A DNA stretch of 64,000 bases, taken from NCBI GenBank assembly GCA_963723145.1, contig CAVRPM010000008.1, forward strand, positions 83,987 to 147,986. Reading direction: 5' to 3'. The notes under the pieces are model-generated. The model did not search any database. It was not told the origin of the DNA and was given only the letters and a program-made list of their open reading frames with translations. The DNA is from an uncultured Chloroflexia bacterium. Its GTDB lineage: Bacteria; Chloroflexota; Anaerolineae; Anaerolineales; Anaerolineaceae. This document shows, piece after piece, positions 1 to 10,433 of this stretch (within the stretch, counting starts at the first letter, position 1; each line of letters begins with the position of its first letter). A program made the position numbers and the translations under genes.

Positions 1-363
1 GACGAGCGGGTGAAGATTAAGCCGGTCGAGGGTAAATTTAATGAAGCGCTACCGGTTTCATCGCGCACAGGTCCGGCTTACAAAGGCCTTCAGACCGTGA
101 TCCGTCAGGTGTTTGATAATCCGCCCGTGGCGCCGTTTGTCATGCTGGGCGGCACCGACTGTCAGCATTTTGTTGCAGTATGCGATAACATTTACCGATT
201 CACCTCCGTGGAAATGGACGAAAGTTTTCGTGGCCTGGAGCATGGCATTGATGAGCGTATTCCGGTCGAAGCGATGGGTAAAATGGTCAAGTTCTATGCC
301 CTTCTGATGTTGGTTTGGGGCACAAAAGAGATGATTAATAGAAAGGAAAAGGAAAACAAATGA
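1..363 (+). CDS. M20-family metallopeptidase/amidohydrolase, C-terminal part (starts before window)
   Basis: GGTD and HGIDERI motifs typical of M20 C-termini; stop overlaps arcC start. Confidence 0.8.
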   Translation, partial: DERVKIKPVEGKFNEALPVSSRTGPAYKGLQTVIRQVFDNPPVAPFVMLGGTDCQHFVAVCDNIYRFTSVEMDESFRGLEHGIDERIPVEAMGKMVKFYALLMLVWGTKEMINRKEKENK

Positions 364-1271
364 GAATCGTAGTTGCATTAGGTGGAAATGCCATGCTCAA
401 GCGTGGCGAACCGATGACCCATGATGTCCAGCGGACCAATATCAGGGTTGCGGCGCAGGCCTTAGCCCCTGTTGCCCAAAAGCACCAGCTCGTGCTTGCG
501 CATGGCAATGGCCCGCAGGTGGGTTTATTGGCGCTTCAGGCTTCGGCTTATAAAGAAGTTGAGGCATATCCTTTGGATGTACTGGGAGCTCAGACTGAGG
601 GCATGATCGGTTATATGATCGAACAAGAAATGGGCAACCTGCTACCCTTCGAGGTGCCGTTTGCCACTATCCTGACCATGGTCGAAGTCGATCCCAACGA
701 CCCTGCTTTCCAGAACCCGACCAAGTTTGTCGGTCCGGTATATGAGAAAGAGGAAGCCGACAAGCTGAAAGCCGAAAAAGGCTGGGTCTTCAAGTTGGAT
801 GGGGCCAAGTGGCGCCGCGTAGTGCCCTCCCCGCTACCCAAGCGTATTTTTGAACTCCGGCCGATAAAATGGCTGCTCGAACACAACACCGTTGTGATCT
901 GCACGGGTGGTGGGGGTATCCCTACCATGTACGAAGCCGGCAAGCAGCGCTCGCTGGCTGGAATCGAAGCAGTGATCGACAAAGACCTGGCAAGCGAGTT
1001 GCTGGCGCGCGAACTGGAAGCCGACCTGTTTGTCATTGCCACCGATGTGGACGGGGTCTATCTGGATTGGGGCAAGCCTGGGCAGCGTATGTTGGGAAAA
1101 GTGACGATTAAAGAGCTCAGAGAGCATCCTTTCCCGGCTGGTTCAATGGGTCCGAAAGTTGAAGCTGCCGTACAATTCGTCGAAAAGACCGGCAAGCGCT
1201 GCGCCATCGGTTCGCTCAAGGATATCGAGAAGATCGTGGCTGGAGAAGCCGGAACGAATGTTTATCCATGA
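360..1271 (+). CDS. arcC: carbamate kinase
   Basis: [42 protein letters not shown] motifs. Confidence 0.97.
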   Translation: MRIVVALGGNAMLKRGEPMTHDVQRTNIRVAAQALAPVAQKHQLVLAHGNGPQVGLLALQASAYKEVEAYPLDVLGAQTEGMIGYMIEQEMGNLLPFEVPFATILTMVEVDPNDPAFQNPTKFVGPVYEKEEADKLKAEKGWVFKLDGAKWRRVVPSPLPKRIFELRPIKWLLEHNTVVICTGGGGIPTMYEAGKQRSLAGIEAVIDKDLASELLARELEADLFVIATDVDGVYLDWGKPGQRMLGKVTIKELREHPFPAGSMGPKVEAAVQFVEKTGKRCAIGSLKDIEKIVAGEAGTNVYP

Positions 1272-1362
1272 CAATGAGATAGTTTTCCGATTATTAGCAC
1301 ATTCGATAGCCAGGAATAAGAATTGAACCTAATAAATCAATCAAAAAAAAGGAGATTAAGAT

Positions 1363-2641
1363 ATGAGTAACGAATTTGGTGTTCATTCAGAAGTAGGTAA
1401 GCTCCGCAAGGTGATCGTTCACCGGCCGGATCTCAGCATGAAGCGCTTAACACCCACCAATCATGACGAACTGCTCTTTGACGATGTTTTGTGGGTAGAA
1501 CGCGCCCAATGGGAGCATGATCAGTTCGTTAAAGCCATGCGCGACCGAGGTATAGAAGTTTATTATCATTTGGAACTGCTCGCCGAAGCTCTGGCAGCAT
1601 CCGAGGATGCCCGCCGAAATGTGATCCAGCTCGTCGCCTCAGAATACACCGTGGGCTGGTCACTGGTAGATGAGGTGCGCGAATTTCTATCAAAGCTGAA
1701 ACCGGATATGCTTGCCAAGCATCTTGTCGGCGGACTTACCATTGGTGAGATGGAAGCCGGCGGCTTTGATCTGGCTAAATACAGCCAGATCTCCCTCATT
1801 GGCGCGGCCGCAGTGAATGAGCCAGGTTACTTTGTCCTTCCCCCGGTACCAAACACGCTCTTCCAGCGCGACCCTTCCTGCTGGATTTACAACGGCGTGA
1901 CAGTAAATCCGATGTTCTGGCCAGCCCGACGACGCGAAGCGCTCAATATGCTGACCATTTACCGTTACCATCCCATGTTCCAGGCTGCCAAGTTTGACTT
2001 CTGGTATCCTAAACAAGGAAGATAATGGCGGATTCAACATCCAGGATTTCGGCAAGGCATCCCTGGAAGGCGGCGATGTCCAGCCGATTGGCAACGGTAC
2101 AGTTGCCATTGGTATGAGTGAACGTACACAAGGACGCATGATTGAGCTGGTTGCTAAAAAACTCTTCGAAACAGGCGGGGCTGAGCGTGTGATTGCTGCG
2201 GTAATGACCAAAGATCGTGCCCATATGCACCTGGATACAGTCTTTACGTTATTAGACCGCGAAGTCGCAACCGCTTTCCCCAAAGTGGTCAATAACATCC
2301 GCGCCATCAGTCTGCGCCCGGGCAGCAAACCTGGCAACTTCCATGTCACCGAGGAAAAAAGCTTTGTGGATGCAGTGGCAGATGCCCTTCATATCAAGAA
2401 GCTCAACATGGTCGAAACCGGCGGCGATGATTATCAGATGCAGCGTGAACAGTGGGATGACGCCAATAATACGGTCGCGCTGGAACCGGGAGTGGTTGTT
2501 GCTTATGAGCGCAACACCTACACTATTTCCAAGATGCGCCAGGCTGGCATTGAAGTCGTCACTATCGCTGGCTTCGAACTTGGCAAGGGACGTGGCGGCG
2601 GTCACTGTATGACCTGCCCATTCTTGCGTGATGGAATTTAA
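1363..2641 (+). CDS. arcA: arginine deiminase, split by one frameshift near 2010 (ORFs 1363-2025 and 1994-2641)
   Basis: SEVGKL, LLFDD, FQRD in part 1; [28 protein letters not shown] in part 2. Confidence 0.93.
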
Positions 2642-2661
2642 TTCATAAAGAAGGAATAACT

Positions 2662-3138
2662 ATGAATAAAACTTGGCGTTGGATTATTGGCATCCTGGTG
2701 GGACTGATTCTGATCGGATTAGTGTTCGCTGGAGGATCAAGCCGCCAGGCTTATCGTGCTGCTCGGGGGGTGATTGAACAACGCGTTGAACTCAGCCAGG
2801 CTCAGATTGATATAGCTGTGGAGATGGCCACCAAGTCAGTCGATCTGGCGCTGGCAAGGTCAGCCCAACTTCCTGTTCAGGAAACCAAAGCGGACCTGAT
2901 CAAACAGGGCATCGAGGAGATCGGCAACCGCTTGAAAGTGGCATCCGAAGCGCGCGGCGACGTGGTCATTGCTAGGTTGGACAAGGTCATTGAGCAGTTC
3001 AATAAGACGCTTCAAAACGTGGAAGACGCATCCGAAGAAGCGACTGATCCGGCAGTAAAATCAGCATTGGATCAGATCTATGGCATGCTCTTGGCCACCC
3101 AGGAACAGATTACCGAAACCATTTTAAGTAATCAGTAA
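2662..3138 (+). CDS. hypothetical protein, N-terminal membrane anchor plus helical soluble domain
   Basis: AAGGA RBS upstream; hydrophobic N-terminus; amphipathic helical remainder. Confidence 0.65.
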   Translation: MNKTWRWIIGILVGLILIGLVFAGGSSRQAYRAARGVIEQRVELSQAQIDIAVEMATKSVDLALARSAQLPVQETKADLIKQGIEEIGNRLKVASEARGDVVIARLDKVIEQFNKTLQNVEDASEEATDPAVKSALDQIYGMLLATQEQITETILSNQ

Positions 3139-3205
3139 TAAAGATAAATTGGATGTTTTTAGAGCATATGCATATGAGTAACGGGGCTGTAAAAATCGGT
3201 GAATC

Positions 3206-3925
3206 ATGCTGACAGCCATTTTGTGGGGCGGGCTTGCCGCAGCCTCGTTACTCGTGGGATATTACCTAGCTTGGCACAATCTTTCCAACCGCACTATTGG
3301 CATCATCATGGGCTTTGGCGCTGGAGCCCTGCTCAGCGCCATTGCCTATGAGTTATTACCCGAATCCATGCTGCACGGTGCGGGCATGGCGGTAGCATTT
3401 TGTCTCGGAGCCTTCGCCTTCTTTGGAGCAGATTGGTGGATTGACAACCGCGGCGGAGGAGATCGCAAGGATATTACAGGGGGGCAGGTCGGCTCAGGCT
3501 CAGCTATTTTCATCGGCACGCTGCTCGATAATGTGCCCGAATCGATCATCCTGGGCATGAGTGTGGCCCTTGGTGGTGCGATTAATACCGCTTTCCTGGT
3601 AGCCGTATTCATCTCCAACCTGCCTGAAGGTGTGGCCGGTTCCCTTAATCTTGAAGCCGCAGGCCATTCACGTAAAGATATCTTCTGGAAGTGGATGATG
3701 CTTGTCATTATCTCCGCAGCCAGTGCGGGGTTGGGCTTTTTTATTATCACCAAATTACCCCAGGCGGATGGGCGCTATGCCCAGGCCTTTGCTGCCGGAG
3801 CAATGCTGACCATGCTGGCGGATGCGATGATGCCTGAAGCATTCGAACACGGTGGCAAGCTGGTAGGCATTTGCACCGTGATGGGTTTCCTTGTGGCCGC
3901 AATCCTGGCGGTCAGGGGGGGATAA
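3206..3925 (+). CDS. ZIP-family (GufA/ZupT-like) metal transporter
   Basis: multiple TM segments; FGAGALL, ELLPE, LDNVPES, SNLPEG, MMPEAF. Confidence 0.85.
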   Translation: MLTAILWGGLAAASLLVGYYLAWHNLSNRTIGIIMGFGAGALLSAIAYELLPESMLHGAGMAVAFCLGAFAFFGADWWIDNRGGGDRKDITGGQVGSGSAIFIGTLLDNVPESIILGMSVALGGAINTAFLVAVFISNLPEGVAGSLNLEAAGHSRKDIFWKWMMLVIISAASAGLGFFIITKLPQADGRYAQAFAAGAMLTMLADAMMPEAFEHGGKLVGICTVMGFLVAAILAVRGG

Positions 3926-4065
3926 TTGTAATTATCCCTTCCACGCTGACTTTATTATCTGTATTGTATGAATTCCCGTTTTAATCTGGCAATCAATTGC
4001 TTGAGCATTTAATTCAGAGATTTCATCTCAAGTTAGAAAATCTTTGTCTACCTCTCTCAAAATTC

Positions 4066-6009
4066 TTATTTGGCGCTGATTAATTCAAATTCTTTAAGGT
4101 AAATTTCGCCTTCAGGAAAAGCCAGACAAGCAAGGTATTTCTGGCAAAGTTCCGAACCGATAATCCCGCTTTTGCCGGTAACAAAAAGTGTTTTGTCCAA
4201 TAAGGGAGGGAGAATTCCACAGCGGAGATTGAATTTAAGCTGTCCGAATTGAAAGGGTATCTCAAATACAGGTGTTTCAAATTCGCCCATGCCCGGATAA
4301 AAATCTTTTTCTTTGCCAATTGAAGAATACTGTGAAGCGATTTTGTGCTCGACATATGAAAGCTTCGCACCTGTATCCACAAACATTTGAATAGTTTTTC
4401 CTGCTGTCGAAAATGATGCCACAGGCACCCCCATGATGTCTGTCATTGGGAATCTATTTTCGGAATAAAAAAGCGGGCGGGAACTGAAACTGATTCTGTT
4501 TCTCAGAATATCCAGGGTTATATAATAATGCTTCATGATATCGGCGCCCAACAGGAGGTCCACACCGGTCCCCACCATCCTGCTAACGTAGTCCAGTGTC
4601 ACGCCCATATAATCTTGTGACAGGGGATGCACTTCATTGAGAAAATACCACTCCTTTATGGCTCCTAAGCTGATGGGAATTCCTGTATCGATCAGGACAG
4701 AAAGTCCTTCGATTTTGGCGATTAGATGGCTATTTACCATCTGCAAGTTGTAATCCCTAACGTGGTCCCGGCCGCGCTTGGTCTGATATTCTTCCTGATG
4801 GTGTCGTTTGAAGCCTTCTTCGCCCATCCCTGTTTCGATCTCACTTGTCATATGTTTGTATTTAGTGTATGTGGAGGTTTGTATGTTCGCCCGGTGATAG
4901 TTAATTGAATCGGTCATTATATTTAAAGCCCCGGCGCGGTCCCCGGCTCTTTCCCGTTTCAAAGCTTCATTCGCCCGGTCGGCCATATCGACCAGTGCGA
5001 AGCGTGCCATTAGACCATGATCTTCCACAGCAGCCTGTTCTTCTGTTGATGGAACGATTTTTAAGGTTAGGGTACTCTTTGCTTCGCACTGTGTAATATC
5101 TTCGCCTTTTCCACGCGCAATAATATCAAACGCGATCTCGCTTTGTGCGATATTTTTGCCGCACTGAAGTTTAAGATAGACTGTCTGCTTTTTACCCGAG
5201 TACAGGCTGCCAAGCATGATTATTAAGTTTTCATCAACCACTTCGGCCTGCCATCCTGCAGAAACCTCTGCATTCACACCTGCCGGCATTTTGATGCTGA
5301 TCTCGGTGTTGCGCAGAGATATATTGACAAGCTCCTCAAATTCACGCTCGAAAACCAGTGGGATGGCATTCATTGTTTCAAGAAAATGGAAATTTCCGCC
5401 TCCGTTGTTCGATATGGATTCCAGCAAATGCTCATCATAACCTGTGCCAACGCCGAAACAGGAGGTGGAAACCCCTCTGCGGAAGAGTTCTCTGGAGTGA
5501 GTCGCCAACTCATCGATATTTTGAATCCCGACATTCGCCAATCCATCTGTCAACAGCAGGGTTCGGTTGATCGTTCCATCAGCAGCCCCCTTTGCGACCT
5601 CCTCACAGCCTTTCAGCCACCCGCCGGAAAGGAAGGTGCTGGCGCCGGAATGGGCTTTTTGTATCTGGGTTTTTGCGCTTGTTTTATTATCGCTGGTCAT
5701 GAATTCAGACGGGAAGATGGTTTCAACCGTGTCATCATATATCGTGACGGATGCTCGGTCATTTTCGCCCAGCAGGTCCACCACGTGCGCTGCCGCTTGC
5801 TTGGCAAAGTGCAGTTTTTCCCCCTGCATCGATCCGCTGCGGTCCAGCACCAGGCCTAAATTAAGCGGTGCGCGTTCCTTCTGGCTGTCATTCACGGGCG
5901 GCGTTATGTTGATTTCAATGATACGCGTGCAGGCTTTGCCTCGCGCGATAACCTGCTTATCTGCGGAAATTTGCAGATCAATTTTTTTCTCATTTGATTT
6001 TTTATTCAT
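4066..6009 (-). CDS. vWA-domain protein fused to two C-terminal retropepsin-like aspartic protease domains
   Basis: MIDAS DRSGS and LLTDG; C-terminal IDTG...LLGAD and VDTGA...IIGSE. Confidence 0.8.
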   Translation of the reverse strand: MNKKSNEKKIDLQISADKQVIARGKACTRIIEINITPPVNDSQKERAPLNLGLVLDRSGSMQGEKLHFAKQAAAHVVDLLGENDRASVTIYDDTVETIFPSEFMTSDNKTSAKTQIQKAHSGASTFLSGGWLKGCEEVAKGAADGTINRTLLLTDGLANVGIQNIDELATHSRELFRRGVSTSCFGVGTGYDEHLLESISNNGGGNFHFLETMNAIPLVFEREFEELVNISLRNTEISIKMPAGVNAEVSAGWQAEVVDENLIIMLGSLYSGKKQTVYLKLQCGKNIAQSEIAFDIIARGKGEDITQCEAKSTLTLKIVPSTEEQAAVEDHGLMARFALVDMADRANEALKRERAGDRAGALNIMTDSINYHRANIQTSTYTKYKHMTSEIETGMGEEGFKRHHQEEYQTKRGRDHVRDYNLQMVNSHLIAKIEGLSVLIDTGIPISLGAIKEWYFLNEVHPLSQDYMGVTLDYVSRMVGTGVDLLLGADIMKHYYITLDILRNRISFSSRPLFYSENRFPMTDIMGVPVASFSTAGKTIQMFVDTGAKLSYVEHKIASQYSSIGKEKDFYPGMGEFETPVFEIPFQFGQLKFNLRCGILPPLLDKTLFVTGKSGIIGSELCQKYLACLAFPEGEIYLKEFELISAK

Positions 6010-6021
6010 GGGTTCATCTCC

Positions 6022-6630
6022 TTATTTTGATTGGCTGCCGAACAGCGTTCGGGCATATTCGATCAGTTTTCTTACCTTCAGTTCTTCATCCATATCGATG
6101 GGTTCGCGCACGTTAAATTCAATGCCGTCATCGATCACAACGCGCTTCCAGCTTTCCTGATCGCCTTTTGCATAAACCTGGTGCTTATATACAGGAGCGG
6201 GTCTGGGAACTCTGGCAGGTTTCTTTGCGGCTGGAGTGCTGCTGTAGGTGTTAATATTTTTCTGGCCGGTTTCAAGGTTCCGCAGGTACTCCAGCGCACT
6301 GGAACCAGGGCTTGCAGTTGATGAATCACTGATGCTTTCCAATTTATTAATGGAATAAACCGGGTTGAGATCATCCTGATACTGGCGGATCTGGCTGATC
6401 TCATCCGCTGTCATATTGTTTAGCAGATGGCGGATTTCCTTTATTGGCAGGCGCAGATTCTTTAACCGCTGGATCATTTCAAGGCGCTCAAGATGCTGCT
6501 GGGAATATTTGGCATATTTTCCGTGCGTGTCAGGCCCTTGCAGTAAGCCCTCCTGAATATAGAACCGCAGTGTCCGCAGGGTTAATCCGCTGTGGCTTGC
6601 CAGGTCTTCCAAGGTCAGATCGTTATTCAT
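6022..6630 (-). CDS. MerR-family HTH transcriptional regulator
   Basis: LEDLASHSGLTLRTLRFYIQEGLL...Y...L..I..L pattern. Confidence 0.85.
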   Translation of the reverse strand: MNNDLTLEDLASHSGLTLRTLRFYIQEGLLQGPDTHGKYAKYSQQHLERLEMIQRLKNLRLPIKEIRHLLNNMTADEISQIRQYQDDLNPVYSINKLESISDSSTASPGSSALEYLRNLETGQKNINTYSSTPAAKKPARVPRPAPVYKHQVYAKGDQESWKRVVIDDGIEFNVREPIDMDEELKVRKLIEYARTLFGSQSK

Positions 6631-6656
6631 AGGCTTTTTCTCTTATTGATCTTATT

Positions 6657-6698
6657 ACAGTTATACTGTCATTATACAGTATTACTGTTTTTTGTCAA
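6657..6698 (-). promoter_or_regulatory. sigma70 promoter of the merR-vWA operon with two ACAGT-N3-ACTGT palindromes
   Basis: minus-strand TTGACA (6698-6693), 16 nt, TATAAT (6676-6671); palindromes at 6657-6669 and 6676-6688. Confidence 0.75.
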
Positions 6699-6843
6699 GC
6701 CTATTTCGTCTGAATATTCTTACTTGGGCAGAAATTTATTCATAACAACAAATAAGATTAATTTTTGTAAAGTAGCAATTAGCAATTATTCATCAATCGC
6801 TTATACGTTTCATTGAAATGGTTCTTACGGGTTGATGGAAGGT

Positions 6844-6885
6844 AAAAAAAACCTCCACCTAACTCACAAATGTTAGGTGGAGGTT
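6844..6885 (-). terminator. intrinsic terminator after the ion-channel gene
   Basis: AACCTCCACCTAAC/GTTAGGTGGAGGTT stem followed by a T run on the minus strand. Confidence 0.8.
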
Positions 6886-6932
6886 CTAATTGGTCCATTT
6901 CAGGGCATAAACCCCTCATACAGGTATCTTCT

Positions 6933-8804
6933 TCACAAAAAAAGGATTCCCACTATGCCGAAGGCGATCAGGTAGGCGATCGGGTAGATGTAATTCATGG
7001 GTGTATCCAGGCGGTCGGCTTTCTCGCGCTGGTCGTTCTGCTCAAGCCATTTAAAGTATACATTCAGCGCCACAACCAGTGTATTGATGATGAATGTGAT
7101 TGCCATAATTGCATCGATGAAGGTCAGGTATCCCATACGCGGGTAATTATCTCCCAGGCTGAAGCTGAAAGCAATGAACAGCAGCAGGTTTCCGGTTGCT
7201 ATCTCAATGCGTTTGCTGTAATCCTTCAGAAAGAAAGTGATGTACGAAACGACGATGATCAGCAGGATGGGAATAAGAATGCGGAAGATGTAATAATCCA
7301 GGTGGCGAGGGGCGTTGAAATGAAAGGTAAAGCGCGATGTGGGCATTAGCGTGCTGGAGATAACGGAGCTTATCTGGGTGTCAAAGTCGGTCAGGATAAA
7401 CTCATCTTCACCGTGATTGGGGTCGATTTCACTGAAGCCTTCAGTCGGGGCGAAAATATATTCCTCTTCGGGGTAAAGCATGTCCACCTTAATATAAAAA
7501 TCCTGTTCATCGAATGGAAATGCAGTCCAGTCGAAATCGATCTGCAGGTTGGTGGAGAAGCGTTCCAGATATACCACATGCCCGGTGGAGTCAATTTGGA
7601 TAATGCGGTTTTGCGACCAGCGGTTTCCCTGCTGGTTAAAAAATGTGAAATCAGGCCAGCGTCCATTAACGTCCTCTAGGAACTTGTTGTAGCTGTTTTC
7701 GGTATACATTTTCGCATTGCAGTCGCAGTCATCCTGGTTGAAAGCCAGCTCCGGGTCGCTCCATTCCAGTTTGAGCGTGCCGACCACGTTCATAATTTCA
7801 TTGGGTTGGTCTATATTGATAATTTGCTGGAGCTTGAGTCCAACTTTAACAGGAATGACTAGCTTTAAAACACTTTCACTGTTTGCTGCCCCGATGCCGC
7901 CAAGCGCCTCAGGCGCGTTAACGCCGACCTGAAGCTTAAAATCCCCGCTGGTTTGCTGGTCGTTAAGCTTGCCACCCTGAATCTCCAGTGTATAGTTTGA
8001 TCCGCCTTCCGGGAAGGTTTGTTTAAAAGCCGCCTGTAAGGGCTGTCCTGTTGGGTTGATTACGCCATTGACAGGTTTATTGCCGTAGTCGCGCAGAATA
8101 ATGATGGGCTTAAGGTCGCCGCTGGTAGCTTTCAGGTTGACATACAGGGTGTCATCCGGGTTAAAGTCTCTGAGTTTGATAGAAATGACCGGCTTATCCG
8201 CGCTCAGACTGCCGCTGTACTCCTGGATGAGCTGCGATTCCAGCACGGTCTGGTCCTGAATAGCGATAACCGCGCCGGTGGGTTCAACCGATCCGGTCAG
8301 TACCTGCGGGGCATCCAGCGCGATGAGCAGACGGTAGTTGCCTGCGGTCGCGCGGCCGGCGGCGGAGAGCGAGCTGCTCATCATAAGAAGATAATCCCCA
8401 TCACTGGGTATTGCGAATTCCAACGCCGCTGAATAGCCTGGGCCGCTGTCATCATCCCATGCCAGGAAGTATTCATTCCATAAAACCTGGATATCTTGTA
8501 AAGGATAAAGCGACTTGAGCATTATGTCTGCCAAGTCTTTTTTAAAGGTTTCATAAATCGGAGTAAGATCATCGGTCGCAGGTATGATCCCAATAGCAGG
8601 GTCCAGGTTTCCGGAGCTGTTTTCAGCAAAAACTTTTAGGATTTGTCCCTGTTTCAAACCTTCAAGGCGGAATACATCGATCTGCCCGGGCGCCAGCGAG
8701 CCATTTATCTCCTGAATTGGCGGTGCCTCCTGGGCAAAGGCGCCGCCCAGCGGCGCAAACAGGAGAAGTGTCAAGGTTAATAGAGATATGACGGATAAAC
8801 GCAT
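6933..8804 (-). CDS. pentameric ligand-gated ion channel with extra N-terminal domains (DeCLIC-like)
   Basis: signal peptide; WPDFTFFNQQGNRW, Pro-loop FPFDEQ, YYIFRILIP, PRMGYLTFID; four C-terminal TM helices; ~300 aa N-terminal extension. Confidence 0.9.
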   Translation of the reverse strand: MRLSVISLLTLTLLLFAPLGGAFAQEAPPIQEINGSLAPGQIDVFRLEGLKQGQILKVFAENSSGNLDPAIGIIPATDDLTPIYETFKKDLADIMLKSLYPLQDIQVLWNEYFLAWDDDSGPGYSAALEFAIPSDGDYLLMMSSSLSAAGRATAGNYRLLIALDAPQVLTGSVEPTGAVIAIQDQTVLESQLIQEYSGSLSADKPVISIKLRDFNPDDTLYVNLKATSGDLKPIIILRDYGNKPVNGVINPTGQPLQAAFKQTFPEGGSNYTLEIQGGKLNDQQTSGDFKLQVGVNAPEALGGIGAANSESVLKLVIPVKVGLKLQQIINIDQPNEIMNVVGTLKLEWSDPELAFNQDDCDCNAKMYTENSYNKFLEDVNGRWPDFTFFNQQGNRWSQNRIIQIDSTGHVVYLERFSTNLQIDFDWTAFPFDEQDFYIKVDMLYPEEEYIFAPTEGFSEIDPNHGEDEFILTDFDTQISSVISSTLMPTSRFTFHFNAPRHLDYYIFRILIPILLIIVVSYITFFLKDYSKRIEIATGNLLLFIAFSFSLGDNYPRMGYLTFIDAIMAITFIINTLVVALNVYFKWLEQNDQREKADRLDTPMNYIYPIAYLIAFGIVGILFL

Positions 8805-9640
8805 AATGGCAGCTCCTTGTAACTTAAAGTAATATCCCGAAAATACTCACACGATTTTCCATGTCAATTTCTTTACTTCATGGTTCACGATCACATCCTG
8901 ATTTGCATTCAGGGTTGTATTGTAAAGATCCATCACGGTCTTGCAGGCTTTGTCTTTCATAAGCGGCAGGTTGTATAGAGGGTTCCAGCCATCAGGAATA
9001 TTGTAAAACACAACTGCGTTTTAGTAAGTCAACACACTCCGGAGATTGTCTTTAATTGTCCCTTAATTATAATAGAGCAAAAAGCGTCCGTTATCAATCA
9101 GGATGATTAAATTCTTAATAAGCATGAGTACCCCGGGTTTTTGGCGGTCATGACAATATTATCTAGGTCTGGGCATGAAAACAAACCTTATAATATCCAT
9201 TAATCTCCTGTATAACCGCTGCCTCGTGAGCTTGAAGATATTTAGCGGCGCAGACAGGGCAATTGTCATGAAAATCAAGATTATGGCGGTAAGACGCATT
9301 TGGGGAGCTCCTTGGAATATGGATAAAAGGAAATATTTATTCCCAGCAAATTTTTAAATATTAAACCCCGGAATTATGAGTGATACAAGTCATTTGAAGA
9401 CATATCAAATCTATTATATTATGATAATTGGGCTGGTTTTGATTATCAAAATCAAATGAATGGCGCGAGAAAAATATTCAGATATTCTGAAACATATAAT
9501 GGAATCTTTCCTAGATAAAGATCAGTGTTAATTTACAATAAACTTAAAGTGATACGAATTCCTTACCCAAACTGCTTATGCAGAAGGTGTCTACCGTTTT
9601 AATATTATTATTGGCCAAGGTTTTTTAAGTTGACGTTTTT

Positions 9641-10159
9641 TCAGAATTCAAGGGTCATTGCTGGTCTAAATTCGAAAATTTTCTGGTAACGCTCTGTCGC
9701 AATTCTTGGAACACCTTTCGCGGTGTTAAATCCGAGGAGGGATGCTGTAAAATCGAGATCCTGTAGGATCCTGGATCCGCGGCTAAATCCCTGGGATACG
9801 ATGCTTGTAAAAACCTTTCCAGCGTAACGAGGCCGGTGAATTGTAAAACCGAACCGGTCAAGAAAAACTTTCATAATCCCTGACATCTGAAAACAGTAAT
9901 TTGGGGTTGCGAAGATTATTCCATCCGATGCCTCAATCTTTTCAAACAGAATGTCCCGGTCATCCTTTAATGGGCAAAACTCCTCACCTTTCTCAAAACA
10001 GAGCCGGCAGCCCTTGCAAACCCCAAGATTGTAATCGCTCAGCGTCACGATTTCATATTCAATGTCTCCAAGTTCCTTTAAATTGTTCAGAAACTGAACA
10101 ACAGCTTTGTGCGTATTCTTTTTATGCGCGCTTCCTACAAATGCGGTTACTTTTTTCAT
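9641..10159 (-). pseudogene. flavodoxin-like/NADPH-dependent FMN reductase family, apparently C-terminally truncated
   Basis: GSAHKKNT, CKGCRLC..C, ATPNY, MKVFLDR; recognisable family pattern fades near residue 150. Confidence 0.6.
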
Positions 10160-10433
10160 GGTTGCATCCTTTCTTATTGCACCTGATTTTGTTATCTTGC
10201 ACTAATTTAACATTTGGCAAGGAAGCGCGCATCTCCCAAAGGGTATATTCAGGGGTTTATTTTTGAAAGGGTTTCAGTAAACCAGTTGAGTTGAAAACCT
10301 TTAAAACTATGAAATTAAAGGGGATATTATATCAAATAAACGTAGACTTATGATTGAGGATTTAATCTCGTTTACTGGATTTAAATTAATTCAAAATAAT
10401 GATTTCCGTTGTCGTTTTCAATCATTTTTTGTC

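Noticed and set aside
5386-7349. Long plus-strand ORFs (e.g. 5567-6160, 6870-7349) and similar short antisense ORFs across the window
   Set aside because: Shadows of well-supported opposite-strand genes; no recognisable motifs
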